A stretch of DNA of 63,853 nt, filler included, from Octopus bimaculoides (Eukaryota), in the NCBI RefSeq assembly GCF_001194135.2. It is 8 parts of 6 records of this genome, joined end to end, with 100 filler letters (N's around TTAATTAATTAA, not from the genome) between each part and the next. Parts side by side here need not be neighbours in the genome. Positions count along the whole stretch, not along the records: positions 16,422 to 26,858 come from NC_068990.1; positions 26,959 to 32,555 come from NC_068987.1; positions 32,656 to 54,056 come from NC_068982.1; 5 more parts are not named here. One strand, given 5' to 3'. The position numbers and the translations under genes are program-made. The notes under the pieces were generated by a model that did no database searches, was not told the DNA's origin, and saw nothing but the letters and a program-made list of their open reading frames with translations. This document shows positions 24,085 to 37,041 of this stretch, piece by piece; positions within the stretch are counted from its first letter, which is position 1; every line of letters starts with the position of its first letter.

Positions 24085-24960
24085 TTTGTATGGGCAAGGA
24101 GCTCATTTTGCAATCACGTGGTTTCGGCTTCATATTGTAAAAATTTATATATTTATTAGGTGTAGGCACAGTTGTATTGTTAGGGAGCTTGATTTGCAAT
24201 GACGTAGTTTCGAGTTCACGTCGTTTCGGGTTCATGCCGTTTCCAGTTCACGTGGTTCATAATTTAAAACTTTATATATTTATTAGGCGTAGGCAAAACT
24301 GTACGGCTAAGGGGTTCGTTTTGCAATCACGTGGTTTCGGGTACAAATTTTAAAACTCTGTATAGTTATTAAGCGTAGGTACAGCTGTATGGTTAAGGTG
24401 TTCCTTTTGCAATGACGTGGTTTCGGGTTCACGTGGCTTCTGGTTCACGCGGTTTCGGGGTCACGTGGTTTCGGGGTCACGTGGTTTCGGGTTCATATTG
24501 TAAAATTTTATATTTCTTAGGTGTAGGCACTACTGTATGGTTAAGGAGTTCGTTTTGCAATCACATGGTTTGGGGTTTCAGGTTCATCTTTCAAAATTTT
24601 ATACATTTATTAGTTGTACGGTTAAGGAGCTCATTTTGCAATCAATCATATGGTTTCAGGTCCATATGTAAAAACTTGATGTATTTATTAGGAGTGGTTA
24701 TAACTGCATGGTCAAGGCACTACTGTATGGTTAAGGGGTTCGTTTTACAATCACGTGGTTTTGGGTTCAGGTGGTTTCGGGTTCATATTTTAAAACTTTA
24801 TATATTTATTAGACGTGGGCACAGCTGTATGGATAAAGAGCTCATTTTGCAATCACGTGGTTTCGAATTCAGTGAAACTGCGCTGCAATTTGGGTGAGTA
24901 TCTTTTACTATAACCAATGCCTTGGGAAGGAATTTGGTTGACGAAAACCGTGTGGAAGAC
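24085..24960 (+). repeat. Tandem array of ~8 SINE-head units (75-150 bp) ending in a SINE body
   Basis: Unit ggtgtaggcacagctgtatggttaaggagctcattttgcaatcacgtggtttcgggttca + AT-rich spacer, with a nested ~15-16 bp cacgtggtttcggg(g/t)t repeat; the last unit continues into family A body sequence. Confidence 0.9.
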
Positions 24961-25539
24961 TGTCTATGCGAGTTTGTGTCTGCATTGACAACAGAGTTTC
25001 AGTTCGTTTACACATGCGTAACTTAGCGGTTAATAAGGAACTTAGCATGAGAAGACTGAGTGTCAGTATGTTTTATCTATGACCATAAGTCCGACAAAAT
25101 ATATTTTATTCTGCCTGAAGGCTTGTGAAGAGCAATCTTCAGGCGAAACAAGATACAGTATGTAAGACTCATGATTATGGATTAAATGTGTGTGTGTGTA
25201 TATATACATACATACATGCATAGATACATAAGAACATACACACCATCTTCGAACATCTTTCCTTTAACATCTTAAATGTAGGATTTCTTCCTTGAAGACG
25301 GAGGCTCGACTCATCCTATGATGGAATCAATCTACAAACACTATTATGGACCATCGAGTCCCCAGAAACAGCTGTTGGATTTGCAATACTGTTCTTCAAC
25401 CCCTTTAATTCTGTATATCATTTCTAATCTAATCTGTGTAAGGTGGATCTTTTTATATGTAAACATATAAACATACATACATATGTAGTGAAACTAACAC
25501 TTCTATCGCCATTATATACAAACAAACCATCTTCCCCAC

Positions 25540-26566
25540 TGTTATAAATATATTCAAGTTCGGGCGTAGTAGAGAGCAGCCTGCTGTATCCATCACATGA
25601 CTGACTATTCTTTGCGCGGGTAAATTATCTCGTACCGTTCCTGCCAGAACGCAAACTGACCAATCACAGCCCCTAATAAGGTCACGTGATAGTGTTTTTC
25701 TAATGCTTCTCTGTAGCCTACCTTCAGCTATAAATAGACTAAATTATACCCGGCAAATTGGTCGCGCCTCAAATCTCCTTTGAGATCTGGTGTTGACCAC
25801 ACACGCGTAACACAGCAGCAACCAGTTTCCAGCGACGACATCAACACCATCGTACAACTACGAACTACAAGCATCGCCACCGATGTCGCCAGCAGCAACA
25901 CGACTCTGCGTACTACCAGCATCGCCGCCAGCGTCAACATGACTCTACACGTACACTAGCTATCAACAGCTAACCAAACTACCGCAGAACTTCTGTCTTC
26001 GATCCTGTTTGTGTGATTCGCCTCACCACGAAATAACAGCCAAGAACCCAGCCTGCGAAGAACATCTGTATTCAAGAACCCGGCTTGGCATAGTAGCCCT
26101 AACATCACAACTAATGATCGCTCTGCCCCACACGCCTTAACTTCTTATATACAGACACTTACCACTGTGTACTCTAAGAACTGGTATCTTAAATTCTTAT
26201 ACGCGTTACTGACTCTTTTCTATACTATGTATCTCTTGCATACNNNNNNNNNNNNNNNNNNNNNNNNNNNNNNNNNNNNNNNNNNNNNNNNNNNNNNNNN
26301 NNNNNNNNNNNNNNNNNNNNNNNNNNNNNNNNNNNNNNNNNNNNNNNNNNCCAGTCTTATATTGTGTTTTATTATGTCGCATTCACACTCACACACAGAC
26401 ATACATTTTAATACTACAATAAATCTTACTGTTATTCATCTCATACGGTTGTGTTCCTATCGTCTTCCTTACTGGCATTTACGAATTGTCTATGTTATCG
26501 AAGTATAACATATAACTATATCATTTGATATATTTTTGTGTTCGACCGTGTGACGCGTTTAATAAA
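25540..26566 (+). mobile_element. Probable solo LTR (or orphan Pol II transcription unit); right end lost in gaps
   Basis: Begins TGTT, CpG-rich, promoter boxes at 25660-25736, short internal repeats, no long ATG ORF, AATAAA at 26561-26566. No TSD confirmed. Confidence 0.55.
25660..25736 (+). promoter_or_regulatory. CCAAT box, CArG box, E-box, TATA box
   Basis: gaCCAATca 25660-25664, CCTAATAAGG 25672-25681, gtCACGTGa 25683-25688, TATAAATA 25729-25736. Confidence 0.7.
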
Positions 26567-26958
26567 NNNNNNNNNNGACACTTACCACTGTGTACTCTAA
26601 GAACTGGTATCTTAAATTCTTATACGCGTTACTGACTCTTTTCTATACTATGTATCTCTTGCATACACATACATGTATTACTCACACACACACTTTTGTT
26701 TACATGACGACCAGTCTTATATTGTGTTTTATTATGTCGCATTCACACTCACACACAGACATACATTTTAATACTACAATAAATCTTACTGTTATTCATC
26801 TCATACGGTTGTGTTCCTATCGTCTTCCTTACTGGCATTTACGAATTGTCTATGTTATNNNNNNNNNNNNNNNNNNNNNNNNNNNNNNNNNNNNNNNNNN
26901 NNTTAATTAATTAANNNNNNNNNNNNNNNNNNNNNNNNNNNNNNNNNNNNNNNNNNNN

Positions 26959-26989
<31 letters not shown>

Positions 26990-27019
26990 GCTGAACGAAA
27001 CTCATTGTATGTGTGTATG

Positions 27020-27165
27020 TATGTGTGTTTGCGTGTGTGTTTCTTCCCCACCACCGTTTGGCAACCGGTGTTGATGTGTTTACGCCCACATAACATAGCG
27101 ATTCTGCAAGAGAGACCGATAGAATAAATACTAGGCATTAAAAAATAAGTACCGTGGTCGATCTG
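27020..27165 (+). mobile_element. SINE family A 3' half
   Basis: caaccggtgttgatgtgtttacg...gaccgatagaataaatactagg. Confidence 0.75.
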
Positions 27166-28278
27166 GTCTCGTCTTTGCTACTCATGACTAAGTAGTTAGT
27201 AACAATGCTATAATTTCATGCTCTCATAATAAGTTTTCATTCCGTGTCTATAGGAGGAAATTAGAAAGAAGGATCAAAGCAGAAAGACTAGAAGGCGTTG
27301 TCCCAGAGGAACGAATGTCACTTTTTCTCCAACAATGGGAAATACTCAAGGAATATATTTAAGTATCAAGGCAGGAACTCGATACACGTAATTATATCTC
27401 ATACGCTTAGACAGAAAAAATAACCTTTAACAATTCAAACATAATTAGTAACACTAGCAATCTGCACCAATGTAATTACACTAAATGTTTTTTTAGACTC
27501 AGAGACAGACGTTGGAACAACACTTACAGGAGAAATCCAAAGCAATAAATTTATCAAAGAAAACTTTTTCAGTGGCAAAAATTAACATACAAAGCGAATA
27601 AAATTTACCCGAAACCCACAAAGATTTAACCAGAATTTTGCGAAAAGCTGTGACTTATAGAAGCACTACTTAATTGTGATAGCGACAATAATTCACTTGT
27701 CAGAAACAAAAACATTATCTTCCACCTAAAGGTAGGAATAAAACACTCAACGACTTTTAGACCTCATTCTGAAGTTCCCTCTATTACTTTTCACAATCTA
27801 ATCACAGAACTACTGAATGGAAAAAAATTGAATTGGTAAAGGATAAAGAATAAAAAAAAAAGACATCGCAGGGGCAGATAAATTTTTCGCAAATTATTTT
27901 CACGAATACATTAAAATACAAGTTGGCAAAGGAATCTGAATGTTATTTTAGGAGGTTTGGAACTTAAATTAAGACAGAATAACATAAAATGAANNNNNNN
28001 NNNNNNNNNNNNNNNNNNNNNNNNNNNNNNNNNNNNNNNNNNNNNNNNNNNNNNNNNNNNNNNNNNNNNNNNNNNNNNNNNNNNNNNNNNNNNNNNNNNN
28101 NNNNNNNNNNNNNNNNNNNNNNNNNNNNNNNNNNNNNNNNNNNNNNNNNNNNNNNNNNNNNNNNNNNNNNNNNNNNNNNNNNNNNNNNNNNNNNNNNNNN
28201 NNNNNNNNNNNNNNNNNNNNNNNNNNNNNNNNNNNNNNNNNNNNNNNNNNNNNNNNNNNNNNNNNNNNNNNNNNNNNN

Positions 28279-28337
<59 letters not shown>

Positions 28338-31300
28338 TATATCTTAGTATTTATGCAAGAGTCTATTATATGCGACTGTATTAGCAAGTATAAATGGTCA
28401 ATTTATATTTATGTATCTCTGGTTATTAGTCGTATGGGAAAGCATTGTGATTGATTTAATTTTGATTGCAATGCCTAAGAATAGAAATCACTTGTTTAGA
28501 ATATCATTATTGTTAACGATGGTATTGCGGACCTAGCAACTGGTAACTAGATATAAAACTATCAAGATGATTGGGTTTTCTTGTCTGTGAATTTTGATTG
28601 TCTGATGAATAAAATATAAATCCTGCTCAACTGATACGCTTTTATCTAAAACTCATTCATACAGTTTAAACTTTTTCATACTAAACTTACGTTTAGGTTC
28701 GGATACACTGAAGGTGTGTAACCTAGTGATTAGGATGTTACATTCAAGACTGAAAAATTGTTATTTCGATTCCCGGACCGGTTGATGCGTTGTGTTCTTG
28801 AGCAAAACACTTCATTTCACGTTGCTGTTATCACTTCGACATCTGGTGTGGCACCAGGCGCAATTTCTATTTGATCGAGAGCATGAGCTAATGTATAGTA
28901 AAACATTTGATCACTAGAAACATCATCTGTGCAAGCTATTCAGCAAAATGAAGCAGTGTTCTCATCTCTCGTTTAAGTTAGATGAGTCCACTATATACTG
29001 AAATGTGCCACTCCTACCTTTTCTGGACAAATGGTGTGTTTATAACGTGCTGCTGAAATTGTTTGCAAATCAAGGTATTTGATTACAGCCAATTGAAGGA
29101 TCTCGATTAAAATTACATGTATTTTTGTAGGAAACCTGTGTCTTGTCGATGACAGAATGTGTATAATCTATTCTTGGTTTGGAAGTTATAAATTCTATCA
29201 GTACAAACATCCATATTTCTATTTTCATACTAACAAATTAATGACACCGGTAAAGTATTTCCTTTGTTCGAACTATCACAATAAATAGATTTTCGTTAAC
29301 GAAAGATCGATTCAATGCAGTCGTTTGCCTTTCGAGATATAGTAACCAAATCTCTCTGAAAGCGGATCCTACTCTTTTAATAAAGAAAAGACAAGATGGG
29401 TAACTTCCTCGGTAAAAATAAGGGATAGCTACGGTTGGAACATTTTTGATTGTGGTCTACTTGATCAGAATTAACCTATATCTAGGCAGTAGAAGCAGTA
29501 GTAGCAACCAGCAGAAAATAAAATCAATTTGTTTAATTTTTTGTGATCAGAAACATCGATCACCCTTATTGATTTCAGGGTAAGAAACTAGGACTTGAAT
29601 AGTTTTGTATATTTCCGTTATATCTACAGTCGAATGAAGAACAAAAGTAACTATTCTTTTAAAATATAAAAATGAACATCTTTTATATTCAACGCGGAGA
29701 CCAGAGGCTGCAGATATAATCATGTAACTTCAGCTTGCTTTAATGATACTTCAGATTCAATTAAATTCATTCTCTTTGTTGATTATAATGAGAAAGCAAA
29801 TAGTACAGTGTTGAAAGCAAAACTGATCGAATAATGGAATTTGTTATATGAAAATATAATTATTGTTCTCTACAAATTTATTTAACTAACGTTATCCATT
29901 ATATTATACCTCAAATAGAACATTTTTCTTTGTTATTGTCTTTACCACTGTCTGTGTGTCTTTGTATGTTTAAACTCTCTTTCTTAGATGTCCTCTGTTC
30001 GTAAACATTTAATATTATTAGGTGGGTATTTTTGTTATTTTTGTTCAATAACCAAGTCATTTCTGCTCAAGTAGATCTATAATCAAGCGTGTTCAAGCCT
30101 CGATCATCTTACCATTTTTTTGAGGCAAAATGTAGCTAGAACTACATTATTTGACCTTAATTTTCCTAAAAGAGTAGACTAGGATTTGGGATTTGTAGAG
30201 ACTCCCTTGATGGCATGTTTTATTATAATTAGTTTGAGTGTGAGAGACAGCAGAGTTCTTGCCATATTTTGCTCTTGTCTTTCCATGTTCTGAATTTAAA
30301 ACTAACAAGAGTTGAGTTTATATTCAATCACATTAATGTCGATAGAAGTAGGTACCAGTGGTATACTGGTGTCAATTCACCTATCGTCTATAAACCTGTG
30401 GCCTGCTGCTAATGTAAAACACCAAAGATGATAACTTAAATGATGAAAGACTTATTTCAAGAGACGATGACAACAGAATGCTGACCAAATAAACCTGGAC
30501 GTATGTAGAACTCTGTTGAGCCTAGAATACCAATGTGACTAGAAGCTTATTGACTTCGAGACTAGAAGGAATGTCTTAATACCCAATATCGACCGCTTTT
30601 TCTTGAAACATTAATACATGGCTCTTTGTAGACATTACAGCAATCTCTGTCCCCACAAAATTCCAACAGTGGTTGTGTGATTAAGAGAGATGAGTTGCTT
30701 ATGTTGTCATCATTGCGTAGCCTCAGACCGACCCAAACATGCTACTTATATGCCGAAGCATTTGTCGTGAATCAGACATCTGTTGCCGCAGGTATACTGA
30801 ATCTATACCTTTAGGAGGATCAAACAGCGTATTTCCACATGCAGAGATAAATCGATTGTGGTAAAATATGGCTTTCTTCTGCCTCTTGCTGTTGCCTGTT
30901 GCCACTGTATAAAAATATAATTACGTTCACTCGTTAATGCTATAGTTCTACTTCTTGTTGCAGTTATCTCCTCCCATGTGAATTCTGGTTGACCATATTC
31001 ATCTAATAGATGTGGTAAACAGATTATTTATGTAAGCTAAATAGGAAAGACTAATGTAGACAGTGTTCTTATAAACAGTGTCGTAAGCAAACCCATATTC
31101 ATGCACATAAAACATACACACTAAAAGCATAGACACGCAAACACAAACACACACACATACGCACACAGACACAGACACACAGACACAGATCTGGACGCAA
31201 ATACATAGACAGATAGGGACACACGTCACGGGAAGACACACACAGGAAGTGTGACGAAAGAACTTTAACAAAAAATATAAAACAACAATGATAATAAAGA

Positions 31301-31754
31301 TCGAGTGAAGACCAAATATACAGTGCGTGTGTTTAATTGGAAAAATATGACCATCCTCAAGTATAACAATACTAATATAGATATGAGTTCAAATACTCAT
31401 TGTGACATATATCTTTAAACGTGGTTCAGCTTCAAATACACAACAATATTACAGGTACATATAACAGGTCCTTATATCTAAAATGGCCCAGCATACCTTT
31501 GTATGAATGAATACCAATATTTTGTAAGTCCTGGGCATTCTACGAATCAAGAAACTTGTATTTTACATACCAAATCTTACCAACTCAACACAATATAAAC
31601 TTATTCCTCATACATGAACGCACAAGGCGATGTGTGAGTATATATGCGAGCGTATGTGTTGGAGTGCATCCGTAGATGCGTGTATATATTCATGTACATA
31701 CATTTATACAGTATGAACATACATGCATGTACATACATATTATCTATGTATATA

Positions 31755-31839
<85 letters not shown>

Positions 31840-32053
31840 GTACACACACATACACACACGCACATATATATGTACACACACACACCTATAGAGAGAGTGA
31901 GTGAATGAAAGACACGTGATTTGATGCGTATGAGTAAACGCGAATGTATGCGTTATTCTTCCGGTTGAATAATCAATACTGTAGCGAACTTTAAATACCA
32001 TTTGTACATTAAAGAAGAAATATACAGAATGTATACTATTGAGACCAAATTTA

Positions 32054-32067
32054 GTTACCTTAGCAAC
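32054..32067. promoter_or_regulatory. RFX X-box
   Basis: GTTACC-TT-AGCAAC fits GTNRCC(N0-3)RGYAAC, within a CpG-retaining patch (about 32040-32340). Confidence 0.55.
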
Positions 32068-32655
32068 AGCGAGTCGTCTTCGACACGCGAGTAAATCAGC
32101 TGCCTATGTATAATGACCTCGTAATTTTTATTGAGAAGTATTTTCTCTACTTCGAAGCCGAACAATTACTAAATTATCTTATAGTACTATCAAACTGTTC
32201 TCTAACAAAAGCAAACTACCACAGTGAAGTTCTACAAGATAGCATTTGGATTGTCCATGCACAGGGGCCATCCGGACTCCCGTTTGCGCCGTGAACAGGG
32301 ATTAATCTTCTATCTTCGCTCCTTTGCGCCACATGGGCTCAACTCCCCTCCACTCTTCATCTAACCCCCTCCTCCTGTCTCTCTCCGCCACCCTCCCTCC
32401 TACCACCCATCTCTCCCCTCCCCCACCTCCTGCTCCGATTCCTACTTCTTTGTACGTCTCTTCACCACTCTTCATACTTCTCTCTACTCCCACTTCTCTT
32501 CACCCCTACTCTTTCTCTCCTCTCTCTTACTCTCTCTCACTCTCTTCTCTCGTACNNNNNNNNNNNNNNNNNNNNNNNNNNNNNNNNNNNNNNNNNNNNT
32601 TAATTAATTAANNNNNNNNNNNNNNNNNNNNNNNNNNNNNNNNNNNNNNNNNNNN

Positions 32656-32709
<54 letters not shown>

Positions 32710-32890
32710 ATGTGGTTGTTTCAGCTAGAGGAATAACGTGTACATGTACATCTATATGTGTGCATATGCATCTCTCTCTCTCTCTCTCTCTGAAAGTATC
32801 TGTCATTACAGTATCGGTGTGGAATAGTTTCATTTTTAAAGTGAAAGTATCTGTCATGAGTGTTTTTGTTTCACTTTTGTCACGTAATAC

Positions 32891-33087
32891 TTAAATAGTG
32901 GAGGAGATATTATGTTGCCGTGGGCTCGAACTCTGCAAGAAGTTAAAAAAAAATTTTTGACTAAAACACAACTGGAACCCTAAGTAAGGCATCTGTAAAA
33001 TTTGAATGTTATTGGTTGCGTAGTTCTCGAGTTTTAGGGATTCACACAGACAGACAGACACACATTCTCATTTTTATATATATAGAT
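32891..33087 (+). mobile_element. Short non-autonomous element resembling Helitron/Helentron-associated (DINE-1/HINE-like) repeats
   Basis: Ends cacagacagacagacacacattctcatttttatatatatagat, a (CAGA)n + ttttatatatagat terminus typical of such elements. Confidence 0.4.
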
Positions 33088-33764
33088 ATTGTTAAGTTCT
33101 AGAACTTGAAAAGTCTGATGCATTTCGTTGGTGAAAAGTTAATTCAGTAAAATAGATATTTTAATGTTTCTGTTAAGATTTTTTATTCACAGTGGTTTAA
33201 TAGCTTAATTAAATGAGAAAATTAATAGTTTATATTCAAGATAATATATGCTGAAGTATGCAGTTCAACCTAGAAAATACTGGTACTTATTTTTGTGACC
33301 CTTGAGAGAAAAATGAGAAAAGCAAACTCAGTGAGATTTAATTGTACTTGAATTAATTCAAAGAGCAATTTTTGAATACCTTAAAACTAATATTTCATGC
33401 TTGATATTTTCTTCACTTTTTCAGCATTAACTGTTGAAGTTTTGTTTTATAGGGCATCATGGTTCAGCATTGATGTAAGGCTAATTTATTTCCTGTCTAT
33501 TTGATAACTGGGAATATTTCTTTGTACAGTTAATGTTAATTATATGGAGATAAAGTATTTACGACATTTGATTATCTGTTAATAACGTTTCCCGGTAATT
33601 TGACTTGAGGGCACTATAATTTGAGAAGAAATTAAGTTTACTACTGTTTAATTATGATATTCTTGAGTTCAAACAAAACTAGTTAAGCTGTGTATTAATG
33701 GTAGAACTTTATACATTCCAGTGTAATTACAATTAGCATTAGATGCATGGTGCTGTAATTAGAA

Positions 33765-33812
<48 letters not shown>

Positions 33813-33853
33813 GCTAATAAACATCTTTGAGGTTTAGAAAAGTGGTATTTCAG

Positions 33854-33929
33854 TTGTTGTCCAAGCCAGGCAGAAGAATTGATGAAACTAGCACAAGGCA
33901 TCCCAATGATATGGATTCATACTATGGAG
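33854..33929 (+). CDS. Candidate exon A of an unidentified gene
   Basis: tttcag acceptor, GAG|gtaact donor; two frames open (LLSKPGRRIDETSTRHPNDMDSYYG or CCPSQAEELMKLAQGIPMIWIHTME). Confidence 0.35.
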
Positions 33930-34099
33930 GTAACTATCTCGCGTTCATGTTAATGTGCATTCTGCCACAGGTGGAGATAGTGGGAAATGATTGATGTTTT
34001 CAGTTTTATCTATAAACTGGAAAAAATAAAGCACCAGCTTGAGTCAGAAGTTTTTTTTCATATTTCAAGCTTTAATTAATAGTTCAAACAAATTACATA

Positions 34100-35130
34100 T
34101 AAAAGCATTTATTCATCAAAATATATCCCAACATATTGTCTGTCGCTATCATTGTGCCAGAATCTCAGTGCCATGCTTTTACCATTGAGCTTCCTGCATT
34201 CATTTTCAACCTCATCCACATTGCTGAACCTCACGTTTATGCAGGGAATGAGGCTTGGCTCCTAAAAGATAGTAATCTGTTGGTGCAAAATCTGGACTGT
34301 AGGCAGAGTGAAGCAGCACTTCCAGCCTCTCAAGTTTGCATTTGGTAGCATTGACAGTGTGTGCTGGGGCATGTTGTGCTGTAAGAGTAGGCATCTTTAA
34401 TTGACCAATGGGTAGCAGGCTTTCAAAGCATCATATACTCACTGCAGTTGTTGATTATAAAGGTTAGTGTTCACAGCATGACCATCTGAGACAAGCTCCA
34501 AGTACAACATGCTCTTGAAATTTCACCAAACACACAGCATGACCTTCTGTTCAAACTGCCCTTGTTTGACAACAAGTTCTGAAACCTGGCTGGAATGAAG
34601 TCACTGATTTCTCTCACTAGGACTACAAGAATAGATTTTTTTTTTTTTCGTCCCCAGTTATAATTTCATGCTAAAAACTAGCTTCTCAAGGATTTGCCAG
34701 CAGGTTTTTTGCAAATGTTCACATGTTGTTGAGCTTGGTCATTGGTCAGTTCATGTGGAGCTTCTTGACAGCATCTGTTTACAAGGCCAGCTTATGAAGG
34801 TGCCATCTGATGATGCTTTGTGAAGGACCAAGTTCTGCTAACAATGTATGAGTGCTTGTGCTTGACTGTTGGTCTACCATTCCAAGCAAGGCCTCGTCTT
34901 CCACAGCAGATGTCCCTAGCTTTAGTCTTTGAGACTGATGTCACCTTGCTTGAAACTTCATGTGGCTTGTGCCACATGTTCATTGACAGTTCCTGGGCCT
35001 TCCACATCATTAATTTCTTTTGCTGTTGCCCTTGCACCCAGTGCTTTCCCCTTAGGTAGTGTATAATGATTCTAATTGCAATTTTTGCTCCACTCATTAT
35101 CACAGCTGTAAAATGAAGAATAACCAATTA
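34100..35130 (-). mobile_element. Degenerate mariner (DD34D) transposase
   Basis: MSGAKIAIRIIIHY start at 35097, APHELT, ITGDEK (frameshifted), LEVLLHSAYSPDFAPTDYYL; TIRs not securely found. Confidence 0.85.
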
Positions 35131-36734
35131 ATGTTTATATGTTACATATGAAAATATAGGATAAAACAATTGAGCAATGACTGGACAACAAGTTGTATCA
35201 AACTAATGATAAAACCTGGATACACAAGTTGCCAAAAATCATCAGTGAAAATCTGAAAAAAAAAAACTTTTAACTCAACCTTGATACACAGTATAAGATT
35301 TTATGATAAAAGTAAATATCTATGTGTTTCATACGTCCTCTCTTTAATTTGACAAGCTTACATCCTGAGATGTACCTAAGTCTATGAATTCTTGTTATAA
35401 AAAAGAAACCTAATACTAATATCTTATGAATGTTGCTATCTAAATCTTCTTAGGTTTTGTAGTTGCTTAGATACAGTCTTGAAAATGTGTTATTTAAAGC
35501 TCAAAACAATTATGTGTGAAAACTTATAAAAAAACAATTGGTTGAATAAAACCAGCAAAGTATCGGTTGAAATACTAGAAAGATAACAGAAACTAATTAT
35601 GAACTGTTCAGTATGATTTTTCTCAATAGAATGTGAATTAAATTGATTTAACAGGATATGTCAAAGGAATACAAGTGCAGGCAGTTGAGAAAGTGTTTCC
35701 TACAGCAATTGATTGTATAAGATGAAAGCTGGCACTGTCCAAATTCACAAAATCTAAAGAAGTTTCCAATTTTTTCAGAATGAGCAATGGTCTTTTATTT
35801 ATCTATTTATTTTTTACCTGGAAGTTTTCTCTAAGACTCAAAGAAACCGTAATTGTCTCTATTGAACTCGGGTTTCAAACCATATTTCTTGGAGTATATT
35901 TTCATGGGATTCTCCTATCTTTTATTTTGTCAAAACAAAATTCCATATTTCTTTGTTTTAACAATCAAAGATTTTGTTGTTTTCTGTTTTTACATATTTA
36001 ACAAAAAATTTATATTTCATATACAAGCTTGAACATATTGTCTATTCCTGCTATATTTAATATAGTTAGTTAGTGCCTTGGCTCTGTGGTTAAGAAATTC
36101 ATCTTATGACTACCTTTTAGGCTTGATCCTCCTACATGACACTTCAGGCAAGTGTCTTCTACTACACATTTCAGTTGGCCAGTGCCTTGTATTTTGAAGA
36201 TGATACCATTTTAATGATATTTGGGTTGATCCTGAGTTTTAATGTACTAAATGTTAGCTTGCAAAATGACATTTGTAGCACAGAAAATTTTTAAACTCCC
36301 CCGATATATCCATGAAATATGGTGAAGAGATTTTTGACACCTACATTACATTATGACAATAATGTAATATAGGTGTCAGAGTATATTTCTTGAGTTGAAT
36401 GGCAACTATTTGTTGTCTTTGGAATTCTAGTAGTAGGTAGTGATAGAATATTGTGCTGAAACTTTACCTAAAATAGAAGATTTCTGAAAACTTGGATTTA
36501 AAAGTATTTTGAAATAACAAAGATGTCTATGACATTAAGTTGACTATCTTATTTTTTGTTTTATATTTATTTCCTTTACGTCCTGTAACTTTGTGGTCTA
36601 AGAAAAATCAATAAAATAAGCACCAAGATGAATATGTAGTGGTGTCCAATGTGGCTGCTGTCAAATTTCTAAAACCAATAAAAGAATAAAAGAAATATAT
36701 GCCCAAAAGATATATCTGATTTTTATAACATTAA

Positions 36735-36930
36735 CCCTTTGCCTCTGGTTCTACATAAGAAACTTGCTATTTTAAAGTGATCTAAATTAAAACTCCCATT
36801 AGTATTTCATGTTCAGTTATGTTCCAGATACAAACTTAATAAAAAAGTTATTTCAATAAGCTCTCCATTATTTTCAAAATTAACTGAAATAAAGGTAATG
36901 TATTTCAACAAGAATATTATAACAAAAAGG
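36735..36930. mobile_element. piggyBac-type MITE
   Basis: TTAA|ccctttg ... caaaaagg|TTAA; the interior is the reverse complement of the 51463 element. Confidence 0.7.
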
Positions 36931-36994
36931 TTAAGGTTTTCTCACTAAGAAATAGAACTTGGTACTGCAATCTAACTGCTTCTGTCTTCTGCAG

Positions 36995-37041
36995 GGAATT
37001 ATATCACCCACTATTTGGAGCTTAGTGCACTTTGCTATTAA
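36995..37041 (+). CDS. Candidate exon B
   Basis: cttctgtcttctgcag acceptor, AA|gtatga donor, GIISPTIWSLVHFAI; phase-compatible with exon A frame ...HTME. Confidence 0.25.

Noticed and set aside
24085-24870. CRISPR-like repeat/spacer appearance
   Set aside because: The context is eukaryotic, the spacers are homologous to each other, and the repeat is a SINE head.
26577-26858. Apparent tandem duplication of the LTR-like 3' part
   Set aside because: It is identical to 26154-26497, bounded by Ns, and fills the first copy's gap; this indicates overlapping contigs.
27200-27990. A-rich segment resembling a decayed retroelement ORF
   Set aside because: Only vague motifs (DSDNNSL, GADK) were found, not enough to assign a family.
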